Shown: piece by piece, positions 18,611 through 27,933 of the stretch
Layout: every line of letters starts with the position of its first letter
Position numbering within the stretch: position 1 is the first letter of the stretch
Assembly: GCA_036509585.1 (NCBI GenBank)
Contig: DATCFI010000133.1
Span: 15,150-79,149 of the forward strand
DNA length: 64,000 nucleotides
Reading direction: 5' to 3'
From: Hanamia sp.
GTDB taxonomy: Bacteria; Bacteroidota; Bacteroidia; Chitinophagales; Chitinophagaceae
Notes under the pieces: model-generated
Told to the model about the DNA's origin: nothing
The model's database searches: none
What the model saw: the letters and a program-made list of their open reading frames with translations, nothing else
Program-made: the position numbers and the translations under genes

Positions 18611-18908
18611 TTTCAACTTGCTGTTTATGATAGTTTGAATTACATGAGCATTCCTACAACTTTGAACCTTGGCATTGAGTCTTTATATAGAGTAGGTTAC
18701 CAAGGCACATTAAATAACGATTGTAGTAGTATTGGTAATGATAGTACTCTTGCAAATAGTGATAATATCAACGGTGATGGACAACTAACAATAACCAAAC
18801 TGGATAAAAACTGCCGGTATTATTTCTGGAACGTTTAACGCTATCTTATTTAAACTTGGCTGCGATACCATTAAAATTACTGAAGGTCGTTTCGATATGA
18901 AATTCTAA
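18611..18908 (+). pseudogene. 5'-truncated, frameshifted fragment of a DUF6252-like lipoprotein gene
   Basis: Removing one A from the A5 run at 18806-18810 gives GQLTITKLDKTAGIISGTFNAILFKLGCDTIKITEGRFDMKF*, a C-terminus I recognise from Bacteroidota lipoproteins. There is no N-terminus. Confidence 0.6.
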
Positions 18909-18940
18909 ATCTTTTTTCTTTAACCATAAATTTTTCTTTT

Positions 18941-19063
18941 ATGAAAAAGCTACAATTCATATTCTGTTTGTTAGGGCTATTATTTTTCTCCCAAAATCTT
19001 GTAACTGCACAAACTCAGTCAATGACGGTGTTCCCTAACCTTGCAATCCGAAACTATGACTGA
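18941..19063 (+). pseudogene. Truncated secreted-protein gene (signal peptide plus about 16 aa)
   Basis: MKKLQFIFCLLGLLFFSQNLVTAQTQSMTVFPNLAIRNYD*, ending 4 nt before the REP at 19068. Confidence 0.55.
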
Positions 19064-19067
19064 GAGG

Positions 19068-19176
19068 GCCGCCGTCTGGTCTCCCGACCAACAAAATTGA
19101 TTTCCACATTTTCGTTTATGCTTCTCAGTTATTGAATAATAAATTTAAATTATAAAATACAAATGTTGCTTATTTG
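19068..19176 (+). repeat. Family A REP plus 69-bp AT-rich core, identical to 23064-23132
   Basis: attttcgtttatgcttctcagttattgaataataaatttaaattataaaatacaaatgttgcttatttg occurs at 19108-19176 and 23064-23132. Confidence 0.95.
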
Positions 19177-19202
19177 GCGATTCGCATTTACCGTTTTGTC
19201 AG

Positions 19203-20123
19203 CTAATTAAACGAATGCCTAAACTCCAAAGGTGAAAATTTGGTTTTGCTTTTAAACAATTTACTAAATGACTGCGAATGTTCAAAGCCTAATTCGTAGG
19301 CAATCTCGCTCACCGATAGTTCGGTAGTAGAGAGTTTTTCCTTTGCTTTTTCAATCAACTTATTATGAATATGCTGCTGGGTGCTTTGTCCGGTTAATAC
19401 TTTGAGCAATGAACTTAAATAGTTTGGAGATACATTTAATGTTTCTGAAACAAAATGTACGGATGGCAGGCCTTTTGAGATCAATTCATCGTTATTGAAA
19501 TAGTCACTAAGGATTTTTTCCAGGCGCTCCAGTATTTGATGATTGCTTATTTTTCGGGTAATGAATTGACGTTCATAAAATCTTTCTGAGTAAGTGAGCA
19601 ATAATTCTAATTGTGCAATAATAACGCTCTGACTGAATTTGTCAATATTGGAATGGTACTCCTTTTCTATATTTTGAATAATGTTGTTCATTACAGCCTC
19701 TTCTTTTTCTGAAAGGAATAAGGCCTCGTGTACCGAATAATCAAAATATTCGTATTGCTTTATGTTTTTTGCCAGGCTTGTATTCCACAAAAAATCCGGA
19801 TGAAAAAGCAGCATCCATCCAGACTTTTTTTCGGAATCATTTTTACCATGCTCAATTCCGAAGACCTGGTTGGGAGCCACAAAAAACATAGTGCTCTCAT
19901 CAAAATCGTAATCCTGCTGCCCGTATTTGAATTTGGCATCGCAATTTCTTTTCAACGCAATGAAATAAAATTCATAGATGAAATTAGTGGGTTCCTCGTC
20001 GCGAAAGCCTTTAATGTCCTCAACATTTATCACGCTGATTAATGGATGTTCGGGCATTGGTAATCCCCTAAGCCGGTGAAATTCACTTACTGATTTGATT
20101 CTGTATGGTTGTTTGTTTACCAT
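19203..20123 (-). CDS. AraC family transcriptional regulator
   Basis: C-terminal double HTH (LNVSPNYLSSLLKVLTGQSTQQHIH...SVSEIAYELGFEHSQSFSKLFK). Confidence 0.95.
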   Translation of the reverse strand: MVNKQPYRIKSVSEFHRLRGLPMPEHPLISVINVEDIKGFRDEEPTNFIYEFYFIALKRNCDAKFKYGQQDYDFDESTMFFVAPNQVFGIEHGKNDSEKKSGWMLLFHPDFLWNTSLAKNIKQYEYFDYSVHEALFLSEKEEAVMNNIIQNIEKEYHSNIDKFSQSVIIAQLELLLTYSERFYERQFITRKISNHQILERLEKILSDYFNNDELISKGLPSVHFVSETLNVSPNYLSSLLKVLTGQSTQQHIHNKLIEKAKEKLSTTELSVSEIAYELGFEHSQSFSKLFKSKTKFSPLEFRHSFN

Positions 20124-20138
20124 ATTGTGTTTTATTTT

Positions 20139-21020
20139 TTATTCAAGAAATTTCATGTCCTCTTTGCTCAATTTTATTTCAGTTGCTTTTAAATTTTCTT
20201 CAAAATGTTTTAGAGAAGAAGTTCCGGGGATTGGTAATATCCATGAAGAACGATGCAGCAGCCATGCTAAATTTATTTGCGCATCTGTGGCGTTGTATTT
20301 CTTTGCAATGGTTGAAATCCTTTCATCCTTTTTGGGCATTGACTGAAACAAAGAGAAGTAAGGAATTAAAGGTATTTTATTTTCCTCACAGATTGCCAAC
20401 ACTTCTTCACCGCCCCTGGTTTCTCCTCCATATGCAAGTTGCTTTGAGATGCGTTGAGCATGGCCATACATATTTTCTACTGTAGCGATGTTGCCCATTG
20501 CCATAGCAGCTTTCAATTCGTCCGGGCTAACATTACTTACACCTACATGCAATATTTTCCCTTCTTTCTGCATCTCAAACATGGTCTGCATGGATTCTTT
20601 AAAAGGTACATCGCCGCCATTTATTATCCTGAAATGAACCAATGTTATCTGTTCTCTTTTCAGAGTACGTAAATTATTATCTATACTGGTGCGTAAATTC
20701 TCAGGACGATTAAATGATATCCAGCTTTTGTCGGGTTTTCTTGCGCCGCCCACTTTTGTACATATCACTAAATCGTCAGGATAGGGATATAATGCTTCTG
20801 CTATTAAACGGTTGGTTACATCCTCGCCGTAATAATCGGCGGTGTCTATAAAATTAATACCGCTTTTAATGCATTGCTTTAATATTTGCAACGCTTCAGT
20901 ACGGTTGGCAGGCTCTCCCCAAATGCCTTCACCGGTGAGTCGCATCGTTCCATATCCAAAACGTTTTACTTTCAATGGATGATTGCTTTTTTCTGCAATC
21001 GTGATTTCTTTTGTTATCAT
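20139..21020 (-). CDS. Aldo/keto reductase
   Basis: GYGTMRL, FIDTADYYG, ICTKVG, HVGVSN and LPIPGTSS motifs. Confidence 0.93.
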   Translation of the reverse strand: MITKEITIAEKSNHPLKVKRFGYGTMRLTGEGIWGEPANRTEALQILKQCIKSGINFIDTADYYGEDVTNRLIAEALYPYPDDLVICTKVGGARKPDKSWISFNRPENLRTSIDNNLRTLKREQITLVHFRIINGGDVPFKESMQTMFEMQKEGKILHVGVSNVSPDELKAAMAMGNIATVENMYGHAQRISKQLAYGGETRGGEEVLAICEENKIPLIPYFSLFQSMPKKDERISTIAKKYNATDAQINLAWLLHRSSWILPIPGTSSLKHFEENLKATEIKLSKEDMKFLE

Positions 21021-21125
21021 AAAATTATTTTGTGTTTCATTATTTTAAAAAACTGCTGATATTATTTCGGCTTACTACAAAGGATAAAATTACTATGATT
21101 TAAAAATTGCATCAGCAAATTCCTT

Positions 21126-21845
21126 TTACCAATCTACTTCGCCATCTTCTTTTAAAAATTTTCCTGTGGGGCCATCATTATCCACCGTAGCATATTTTAC
21201 GATTACTTTCGCGGCTTGTTCTACCTTTTGTGTTCCCTGGTGATTGTTGAGGTCGGTTGCTGTGTAACCCGGCGTAACACTGTTTATTTTGAAATTGGTG
21301 TTTCTAAATTCTTTCGCCAATAATACTGTAAAGGCATTCAGCGCAGTCTTTGAACAACTGTAGGCATCATAAATCGCATAGTTAGGATTTTGTGTGTTGC
21401 TATGAATCGCTAAGGAACCTAACCCGCTTGAAACGTTTACGATTCTTGGCTCGTTCGATTTTTTTAAAAGTTCAATAAATTGTTGGGTGGTTTGAACGGC
21501 ACCAAAAAAATTAGTGTCAAATACTTTCCGTAAATTCTCTATTTCACCAGTTGATAAATTTTGAGCCTGCCCGCCTCCAATACCGGCGTTATTAATTAAG
21601 ACATCTAATTGTTTGACTTTACCTTCCAATTCTTTTCTTGCAGATTTTATTGAATTGATATTTGTTACATCTATTTCAATACAGTCCACATTATTTATTC
21701 CTAATGCTTTCAACTTTTCTAATGCTTCAAGTCCTTTGATTTTATCTCTGCTACCCAAATAAACAAAGTAACCTGATTGTGCCAATTGTTTGGCTGTTTC
21801 AAAACCAATTCCTTTGTTGGCTCCTGTTATTAATACTGTTTTCAT
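21126..21845 (-). CDS. Short-chain dehydrogenase/reductase
   Basis: TGANKGIG, NNAGI and YSCSK (YxxxK) motifs. Confidence 0.93.
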   Translation of the reverse strand: MKTVLITGANKGIGFETAKQLAQSGYFVYLGSRDKIKGLEALEKLKALGINNVDCIEIDVTNINSIKSARKELEGKVKQLDVLINNAGIGGGQAQNLSTGEIENLRKVFDTNFFGAVQTTQQFIELLKKSNEPRIVNVSSGLGSLAIHSNTQNPNYAIYDAYSCSKTALNAFTVLLAKEFRNTNFKINSVTPGYTATDLNNHQGTQKVEQAAKVIVKYATVDNDGPTGKFLKEDGEVDW

Positions 21846-22765
21846 TGTTCGATTTTTTGTTTGTTATTTACATTAAATACAACTGCAAATTCTTTTGCAA
21901 AATCTTTCAGTTTCACTTTGCCTAAAGTGGGTTTGTGCTGTTTGTAATCTTCATACAATACACCGCTGCGTCTGCCAGCATTCATTTCCACCAAACCTTT
22001 TGCAATCTCCGGATTCATTCCTGCCGCTTTCATTCCATTCAGCATTTGTTCGTCAGAGATTTCCAGCCATTTCAAATCCGGCTTGTCGATAGCTTCGCCC
22101 AAAATTTTTGCTACTTCATTTGGTGAAACTTCATCGCTTGCTATGTAACGAATGGTTCTACCTTCAAAAGGTTTTTCCATTTCTTCAGCTATAACGGCAG
22201 CAATATCCAAAGGCGAAGCCCAGGGTTCTTTTTCATCGCCTCCATAATTTTGTACGATGGCATTTTGTGATTTTATGGTTGGGATAAAGGCAAACATATT
22301 AATGTAAAAACCTACCGGACGCATAAATTTAATGGAAACATCATCCGGCAATTCTTTCAAAATGTTTTCTACTTTGTAATGAAATGCTAACATGCCATTT
22401 CCTTTATCCGTATGTGCGCCAATGCTGCTGAGATGCACCAAACGCTTTACACCCGAGCTCTGAATGGCTTGTTTATAATTATTAGCAATCTTATTAATAG
22501 CCTCCATATAATCAAGATTGTGATCGGAGAAACTGCTGGCGTCAAGCGTTTCCATGAGATAGACTATGTCTGCGCCTTTGAAAGTTTTTGTGAGAAAATC
22601 CACATCTTCCATTGTGCCTATGGCAGCTTTTGCGCCTAAGGCTTCAATCTCTTTTTGCCTTTCAGCTAGGCTGCTGATAACCGTAACGGAATGTCCTTTT
22701 TGAACTAAAATTTCTGTGAGTGGTTTGCTGATGTGCCCTAACGAGCCTGTGAGTACTATTTTCAT
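21842..22765 (-). CDS. NmrA-like NAD(P)H-binding protein
   Basis: MKIVLTGSLGHIS Rossmann start (ATG at 22765); stop overlaps the SDR start. Confidence 0.88.
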   Translation of the reverse strand: MKIVLTGSLGHISKPLTEILVQKGHSVTVISSLAERQKEIEALGAKAAIGTMEDVDFLTKTFKGADIVYLMETLDASSFSDHNLDYMEAINKIANNYKQAIQSSGVKRLVHLSSIGAHTDKGNGMLAFHYKVENILKELPDDVSIKFMRPVGFYINMFAFIPTIKSQNAIVQNYGGDEKEPWASPLDIAAVIAEEMEKPFEGRTIRYIASDEVSPNEVAKILGEAIDKPDLKWLEISDEQMLNGMKAAGMNPEIAKGLVEMNAGRRSGVLYEDYKQHKPTLGKVKLKDFAKEFAVVFNVNNKQKIEQ

Positions 22766-22954
22766 GTTTTTACTGTTTTTAAATGGATACAAAATTCTGT
22801 AACCTTTAAACAACAGTTGTAACCAAATCTACTTTTCTTGTAGTCAAAAAGAGGATTGCTCTATTTTTTACCTACACCACCAACGATCTATGAACGATCT
22901 ATGTTTCTGCCACCTTGGGTGTTCACTCTTTTAGTAAGGGCGCCGATCGTTAAA

Positions 22955-23165
22955 GCCGCCGTCAGGTCTCATGACCAATGGCTGACAAGGGCAAAGTTTT
23001 TCACCTTTTATTTTATAAAGAATTTTACTGAAGTAGGTTGGTATGTTTCAAATTCTTTCTCCAATTTTCGTTTATGCTTCTCAGTTATTGAATAATAAAT
23101 TTAAATTATAAAATACAAATGTTGCTTATTTGTGTAAACCTGTTTTAAGGCAAGACAAGAAGGGA
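22955..23165 (+). repeat. Family A REP, linker and AT-rich core
   Basis: gccgccgtcaggtctcatgaccaatggc at 22955; linker and core are homologous to 32340-32490, 52015-52110 and 54720-54855. Confidence 0.9.
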
Positions 23166-23304
23166 AAACCAACATAGATCAAATATTGAAATGAAGCTAT
23201 TCATTTTTTTAATTAAATCAGAGAGGAATTTGAATTTAAGCAATATAAAAGAATAATTTATTTATGCAACTCATTTGGTACGCCCAGCAAATAAATTTTC
23301 TGAT

Positions 23305-23574
23305 CTATCTGGCCATAGAAATAATTTTTTCAAGGTTAGGAATTGCCATTATGCCATTAGCATCGCGATAATCAATAATTAAAATATCTCCCGTTTTTTG
23401 GAAACGGTAGTGTTTGCCGGTAATGCTCCCTACAGCAGTGAGCGAAGTTTTACCTTGATATCTAAAACTTACATCCTCCCACATTTTTGGTGGTACATAT
23501 CGAGTGGCTTTTTGAGGCAAATTGTTTTTTGCAAGTTGAACATACCCTGCTCTTTTGGAGCCGCAGTTGCACAT
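23305..23574 (-). CDS. Small hypothetical protein with N-terminal CxCG
   Basis: MCNCGSKR...VSFRYQGKTSLTAVGSITGKHYRF...IDYRDA...IPNL; last gene of a co-directional cluster. Confidence 0.75.
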   Translation of the reverse strand: MCNCGSKRAGYVQLAKNNLPQKATRYVPPKMWEDVSFRYQGKTSLTAVGSITGKHYRFQKTGDILIIDYRDANGIMAIPNLEKIISMAR

Positions 23575-23666
23575 AAATTAAAATTTTATTTTTTTTAAAA
23601 AGGCACTATCAATAAACTAAATAAAAAAATAGTAAGAAGTGGAATAAAATTACAAAATGAATAACA

Positions 23667-23990
23667 TCAATTTTCTTCCTCTTCAAGATAAATGGGTTCA
23701 TCAGATTTATTATTTTTCCTGTCGGTTGCTTTTTCCAATAAACAAGCTGCACCTGATAAGGCAATCCATAATAACAATTTTTCACGCCAACTATTCCCTT
23801 CCCATAACCCAAAGGGCAATGCCACCCAAACGCTTGTGCAGTAAAAGCAATCGAGCAGGCTCCCGAAGAAGTCCGCTCCTATTGCTTTTCTTAAACGATA
23901 GATGATATCAAAGGGGCCGTCTTCTTTTGAGAACAGATGCGTGATACGCCAGATGGCTAAAGAAAGAACAATAAAATAAAACACATTCAT
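23667..23990 (-). CDS. DUF1360-like membrane protein
   Basis: LAIWRITHLFSKEDGPFD...LLDCFYCTSVWVA (CxxC) with hydrophobic segments. Confidence 0.75.
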   Translation of the reverse strand: MNVFYFIVLSLAIWRITHLFSKEDGPFDIIYRLRKAIGADFFGSLLDCFYCTSVWVALPFGLWEGNSWREKLLLWIALSGAACLLEKATDRKNNKSDEPIYLEEEEN

Positions 23991-24060
23991 ACTAATTACC
24001 GTAATTTAAAAAGAAGACTACGGCAGTCTTTAAAAACTACCATAGTCTTTTGTTGATTTA

Positions 24061-26373
24061 TCATGGCTCCAATGCAAATGCCGTTACCTGGTATGGGGCA
24101 TCATTTGCTGTAACACGATAAGTGCCATCAGTTGCTATGGCAATTACAGATAAAGTTTCTGCAAATGCAGCTTTACCAGTTCCATCATGATAACAGGCGC
24201 CCAATAATTGTGCAGGTGTAAAATGCTTATCATATAAACCACTGGCCAACTTGTATGAGTAAACCAGAGGGAGTAATGACAAGTACGTGCTGTCAATAAC
24301 CATCCCGCTGGTATCTGCTATAGAAACGCCTCCACAGGTTCCTTCGTTGACATTAAAACTAAATACGGCAAAATTGTTGGACTGTATTGCCAGGAAGGAT
24401 AAATCAAGATCTGCATCCACTCCCCCAAGTTTGTATTTCACAAATCCACAACAGTTTAATGATGCCGGCGTCCCATTTACATTCACAGTAAAAATACCTG
24501 CAGCACACTTAGAGTTATCAATCCGCATCAGAATATTAAATGCATTCGCAGTAGTGGGCGTTGGGTTTTCCAGTAACCCATCCGGTGCATTTACACTAAA
24601 GTCTGCATCGTTATAATCCGGTATTTTGAAAGTAGCTTTTGGAATATTTGTCAAAAGATTTCCTGCTTTATCAAATAATTGCAACTCGAATTCATAAAGC
24701 CCGTCACCACCGGCCATAGTACCATTCTTCAATTGTGTTGAATCAAAATTCATTGTATTCATATAATATGTCTGCTCCTGCCATAGAGGGCTTGTTTCAG
24801 GCACACTAAAGGGCGCCATGTTAGGTTGCACCGGAGGTATAATATACAAATTATCATTGGTGCCTATGGTAAAAGGGCCAAGTTTTACACTGTTAGCTCC
24901 AAATTGTGTATCGCCGTGAGAATCTATATAGGTGTATTCATACCCTTTATTTACCGCACCTCCTATTGGTAGCAGCGCTTTATAACTATCAGTTACAGGA
25001 AGTAACTGTGCGTTTGCAATTTGTTTGTACCTCCAGCGATAATAATAAATCCCTGTATTGGGAAGATCGCTTCCAAAACCCATATACAAATAAGAAGAAC
25101 TTCCCCCAAACGGGCGCTTATAATCACCAACAGAAGTTAGGAAAAAATCATCATAGATAGCTGAAGCATCTGTGAGGCCTATCCTGTCGTAGCCAACCAA
25201 TTGCCCGGGAGGAGGTTGTAAATAACTTGTCTGGTTAATATGCGCAACACTGGTTGAGCCCACTGTTCTTATCCAAACTAATTCACCGGGTATCGGACAA
25301 TCACAACAACAATTTCCCGGCACACGTGAATCTGTTATCTGAATATTAATATTAGTGCCACAGGCATAATCCCAAAAAGTATTGCATGGAATCGGGGGAT
25401 TATAAACAGTTGTCCATGCGCCATTAATCATATATTCCACCCATATATAAATATCCGGCTTGTCGCCAAAACACCAATACGAAACATTAGAATCAAAGCG
25501 TCCGTTAGCATCTGTATAAACAACAGCTAACTCTTTGCAACGATAAAAATAAGGCCACCACCAGGGCCATAAACAAAACCAGGGATGGAGGATTGCGTAA
25601 TTCTTTGCAATTGTATCTCTGATTAAATTCAAATTATCTGATGCTAAATTTTGTCTGATGTCTATTCCTAATTCAGGCAATGAAGCAGCAGTGGCCATTT
25701 GTATTTCTTCTGCAGATTGAGTGTTAAATATATTTTGAGAACGAAGTGACGCTGCAGAACTTAATTCATTACTAACAAAAGGCGATGGATCAGGAACGGG
25801 AATAGGAAATTTGATAATTTCATTTGGGTTCAAAATGGCTTCCGGAATTTTTGCAATAATATAATCCGGTATCCGGTAGATCCACCACAAAATTGAATCT
25901 ACCTCGCAGATGTGCACTCTCGCCCTGCATACAGAACGATCAACCCACCTGTTGCCAACCTGAAACCATTTGGAAACTTTGCCCGTTACCCGGCAATTGC
26001 AAAATGGCCAGAATTGTGAAATAGCCGATGGGATGGGGAGGATAGAAAGCTTATTGTCTTTTTCAACATTTAAAATTGGCTCATAAGGTTTATAATTTTC
26101 CAGTTCTTCAATGCTTGTAACGTTTTGAACATTCTGATCTGTTGCAGGAGCAATAAACACCCGTAATTCACCTGGGGTGATATTTTTTTGTTGTGCCTGA
26201 AGATTTTTGTTTTTTTCTTTGCTCAGATCAAATTCCAATAAATTGTTTTTTATTAATTGTGATTGAAGCAAAATACCTCTGCAAGTAAAAAGAAAACCAA
26301 TAATTGAAATTTCCTTTTCGAGAGGTGTTTCAAAACTTATGGGGATTGAAATTTTTTTTATTTCTTGTGCCAT
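24061..26373 (-). CDS. 770-aa Cys/Trp-rich hypothetical protein
   Basis: Long ORF with about 19 Cys (FCNC, NCCCDC, NCCG); TDANGRF...KPDIYIWVE prealbumin-like segment; no signal peptide. Confidence 0.85.
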   Translation of the reverse strand: MAQEIKKISIPISFETPLEKEISIIGFLFTCRGILLQSQLIKNNLLEFDLSKEKNKNLQAQQKNITPGELRVFIAPATDQNVQNVTSIEELENYKPYEPILNVEKDNKLSILPIPSAISQFWPFCNCRVTGKVSKWFQVGNRWVDRSVCRARVHICEVDSILWWIYRIPDYIIAKIPEAILNPNEIIKFPIPVPDPSPFVSNELSSAASLRSQNIFNTQSAEEIQMATAASLPELGIDIRQNLASDNLNLIRDTIAKNYAILHPWFCLWPWWWPYFYRCKELAVVYTDANGRFDSNVSYWCFGDKPDIYIWVEYMINGAWTTVYNPPIPCNTFWDYACGTNINIQITDSRVPGNCCCDCPIPGELVWIRTVGSTSVAHINQTSYLQPPPGQLVGYDRIGLTDASAIYDDFFLTSVGDYKRPFGGSSSYLYMGFGSDLPNTGIYYYRWRYKQIANAQLLPVTDSYKALLPIGGAVNKGYEYTYIDSHGDTQFGANSVKLGPFTIGTNDNLYIIPPVQPNMAPFSVPETSPLWQEQTYYMNTMNFDSTQLKNGTMAGGDGLYEFELQLFDKAGNLLTNIPKATFKIPDYNDADFSVNAPDGLLENPTPTTANAFNILMRIDNSKCAAGIFTVNVNGTPASLNCCGFVKYKLGGVDADLDLSFLAIQSNNFAVFSFNVNEGTCGGVSIADTSGMVIDSTYLSLLPLVYSYKLASGLYDKHFTPAQLLGACYHDGTGKAAFAETLSVIAIATDGTYRVTANDAPYQVTAFALEP

Positions 26374-26446
26374 GTTATTTTATTTAATAATAGTTAATAA
26401 TAAAGTACTTTGGTTTAAATAGAGTTTGGATTAAAGAACGATCTAT

Positions 26447-27769
26447 TTAATCAGCTATCACCTGCGCAGGCGGGCAACATCTGTATTCCTGTGATTTTTC
26501 CAGCAACTGAATTTGTTTGCGCAGTAAATCGTTTTGCAACTGTAGATTTTCTTTTACTTCCGGTTCGCATACACAGCAATCATCTAAGCAGCCTTTCACT
26601 ATAATACCGGATGTGGGTAAAGAAAACTCCTGCTCAAAACTTATTTTGCTCTTAATTGAGTTAGAAGCCTTGCCACTTGAGTCTAACAAACCTTCAGTTA
26701 ATAATTGTTGATCCACCTGGGCAAGAGCAGCATTGCGAATGGCAGCAGAAATTGGCGCGGCAGCCTGAAATTGCGCTGCAGCCTGGCTGAAGCCAAATGT
26801 ATTTCCTGCTATGTCAGTCCCCGCAGTCAACAATTCGGCATTGGTAAAAACTTTGCTGGTTGCGGGCATTTCTTGTGGAACTACTGCTACTGCTGATTTT
26901 AATGTGGGTAAATACAATGGCCTGCGAACAGGTGCTACCGGATCCAGCACCCTTCTTTCAATTTCTACCAGTTCATAAGTTATTTTTTGTTTTTTATTAA
27001 GGCGATAAAAAATAAAAGTAATCGCATGGCAATGATTGGGATTAGAAAATTGTCTTGAAGAAGCCTCATACTGATCTTCAGATTCGGTAGCAACATGAGT
27101 TCTTGAAGATACTTCACCGATTGAAATTGAATGGGCCTTTTGCGTTTCTCCCACAGACTGCGTAGCCGAACCCTGCGCTTGTGATCTTTGCTCGTTCAGA
27201 TAATCCGAAACCGATTTACTGTTGTGGCTGCCGTTGGCATTTGTGCTGGCATCTGCAGAACCTCCAAATAAACTGATGCCGACACTGCCGTGTGCATCAC
27301 CATTAAAATCCCAGTTGCCCGAATCGCTGCTGGTAGCACTTCCGGATTGGGAGTTAGCTCCATCAGTAACATAGTTTTGCAAGGCAGTCATATAATATTG
27401 TTCTTCAGAAATTTGCTCGCTTCTTGTACTGATCTGAGTTTCACTATCTAAAGTAAAACGGCTCTTGCGATCTGTTGATTGGAGGTTTACCTTTTCTCCC
27501 GGCAACAATGTAGTACTGTATGCCGGATCTCCAAGTGTAAGTCCCAGCGTACATCTTGTGAATTTAAAATGTAGCACCACTTCCACCGTAAGCTGCTGTG
27601 AAGGTGTGTTGGCTGCAGCCGGCAAAGTGACGGGATAATTGAGAATTCGCTTATACTGAAAGATATCGCAATGATTGTCTTTGATAAGATCAGGGCAACA
27701 GGGAATTGTTACACCGTCGCCACTTGTGGCATTACCCGATGGTTGGGTTTTTGAATTTTCTTTAGGCAT
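26447..27769 (-). CDS. 440-aa hypothetical protein with Ser/Thr/Gly-rich core and Cys clusters
   Basis: TTLLPGEKV and FSNPNHCHAITF motifs; CC pairs at both termini; C-terminal coiled coil; no signal peptide. Confidence 0.85.
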   Translation of the reverse strand: MPKENSKTQPSGNATSGDGVTIPCCPDLIKDNHCDIFQYKRILNYPVTLPAAANTPSQQLTVEVVLHFKFTRCTLGLTLGDPAYSTTLLPGEKVNLQSTDRKSRFTLDSETQISTRSEQISEEQYYMTALQNYVTDGANSQSGSATSSDSGNWDFNGDAHGSVGISLFGGSADASTNANGSHNSKSVSDYLNEQRSQAQGSATQSVGETQKAHSISIGEVSSRTHVATESEDQYEASSRQFSNPNHCHAITFIFYRLNKKQKITYELVEIERRVLDPVAPVRRPLYLPTLKSAVAVVPQEMPATSKVFTNAELLTAGTDIAGNTFGFSQAAAQFQAAAPISAAIRNAALAQVDQQLLTEGLLDSSGKASNSIKSKISFEQEFSLPTSGIIVKGCLDDCCVCEPEVKENLQLQNDLLRKQIQLLEKSQEYRCCPPAQVIAD

Positions 27770-27933
27770 AAAAAATGATTTTTAATGTGAAAAGTGATTT
27801 TTTTATTTCCTCAGGCTGCTTCGTTGTTTTAGAAGCGGAGGATAAAAAGGTGAAAGATTTTATGCTTTAATTTTACTTTCAATAATTTTTCTGAAATCAT
27901 CAGATCCTTTCAGATGTATTATTTTATGACTAT

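Noticed and set aside
22882-22903. 11-bp tandem duplication aacgatctatg
   Set aside because: A single local slippage event; not seen elsewhere and not a target-site duplication around an element.
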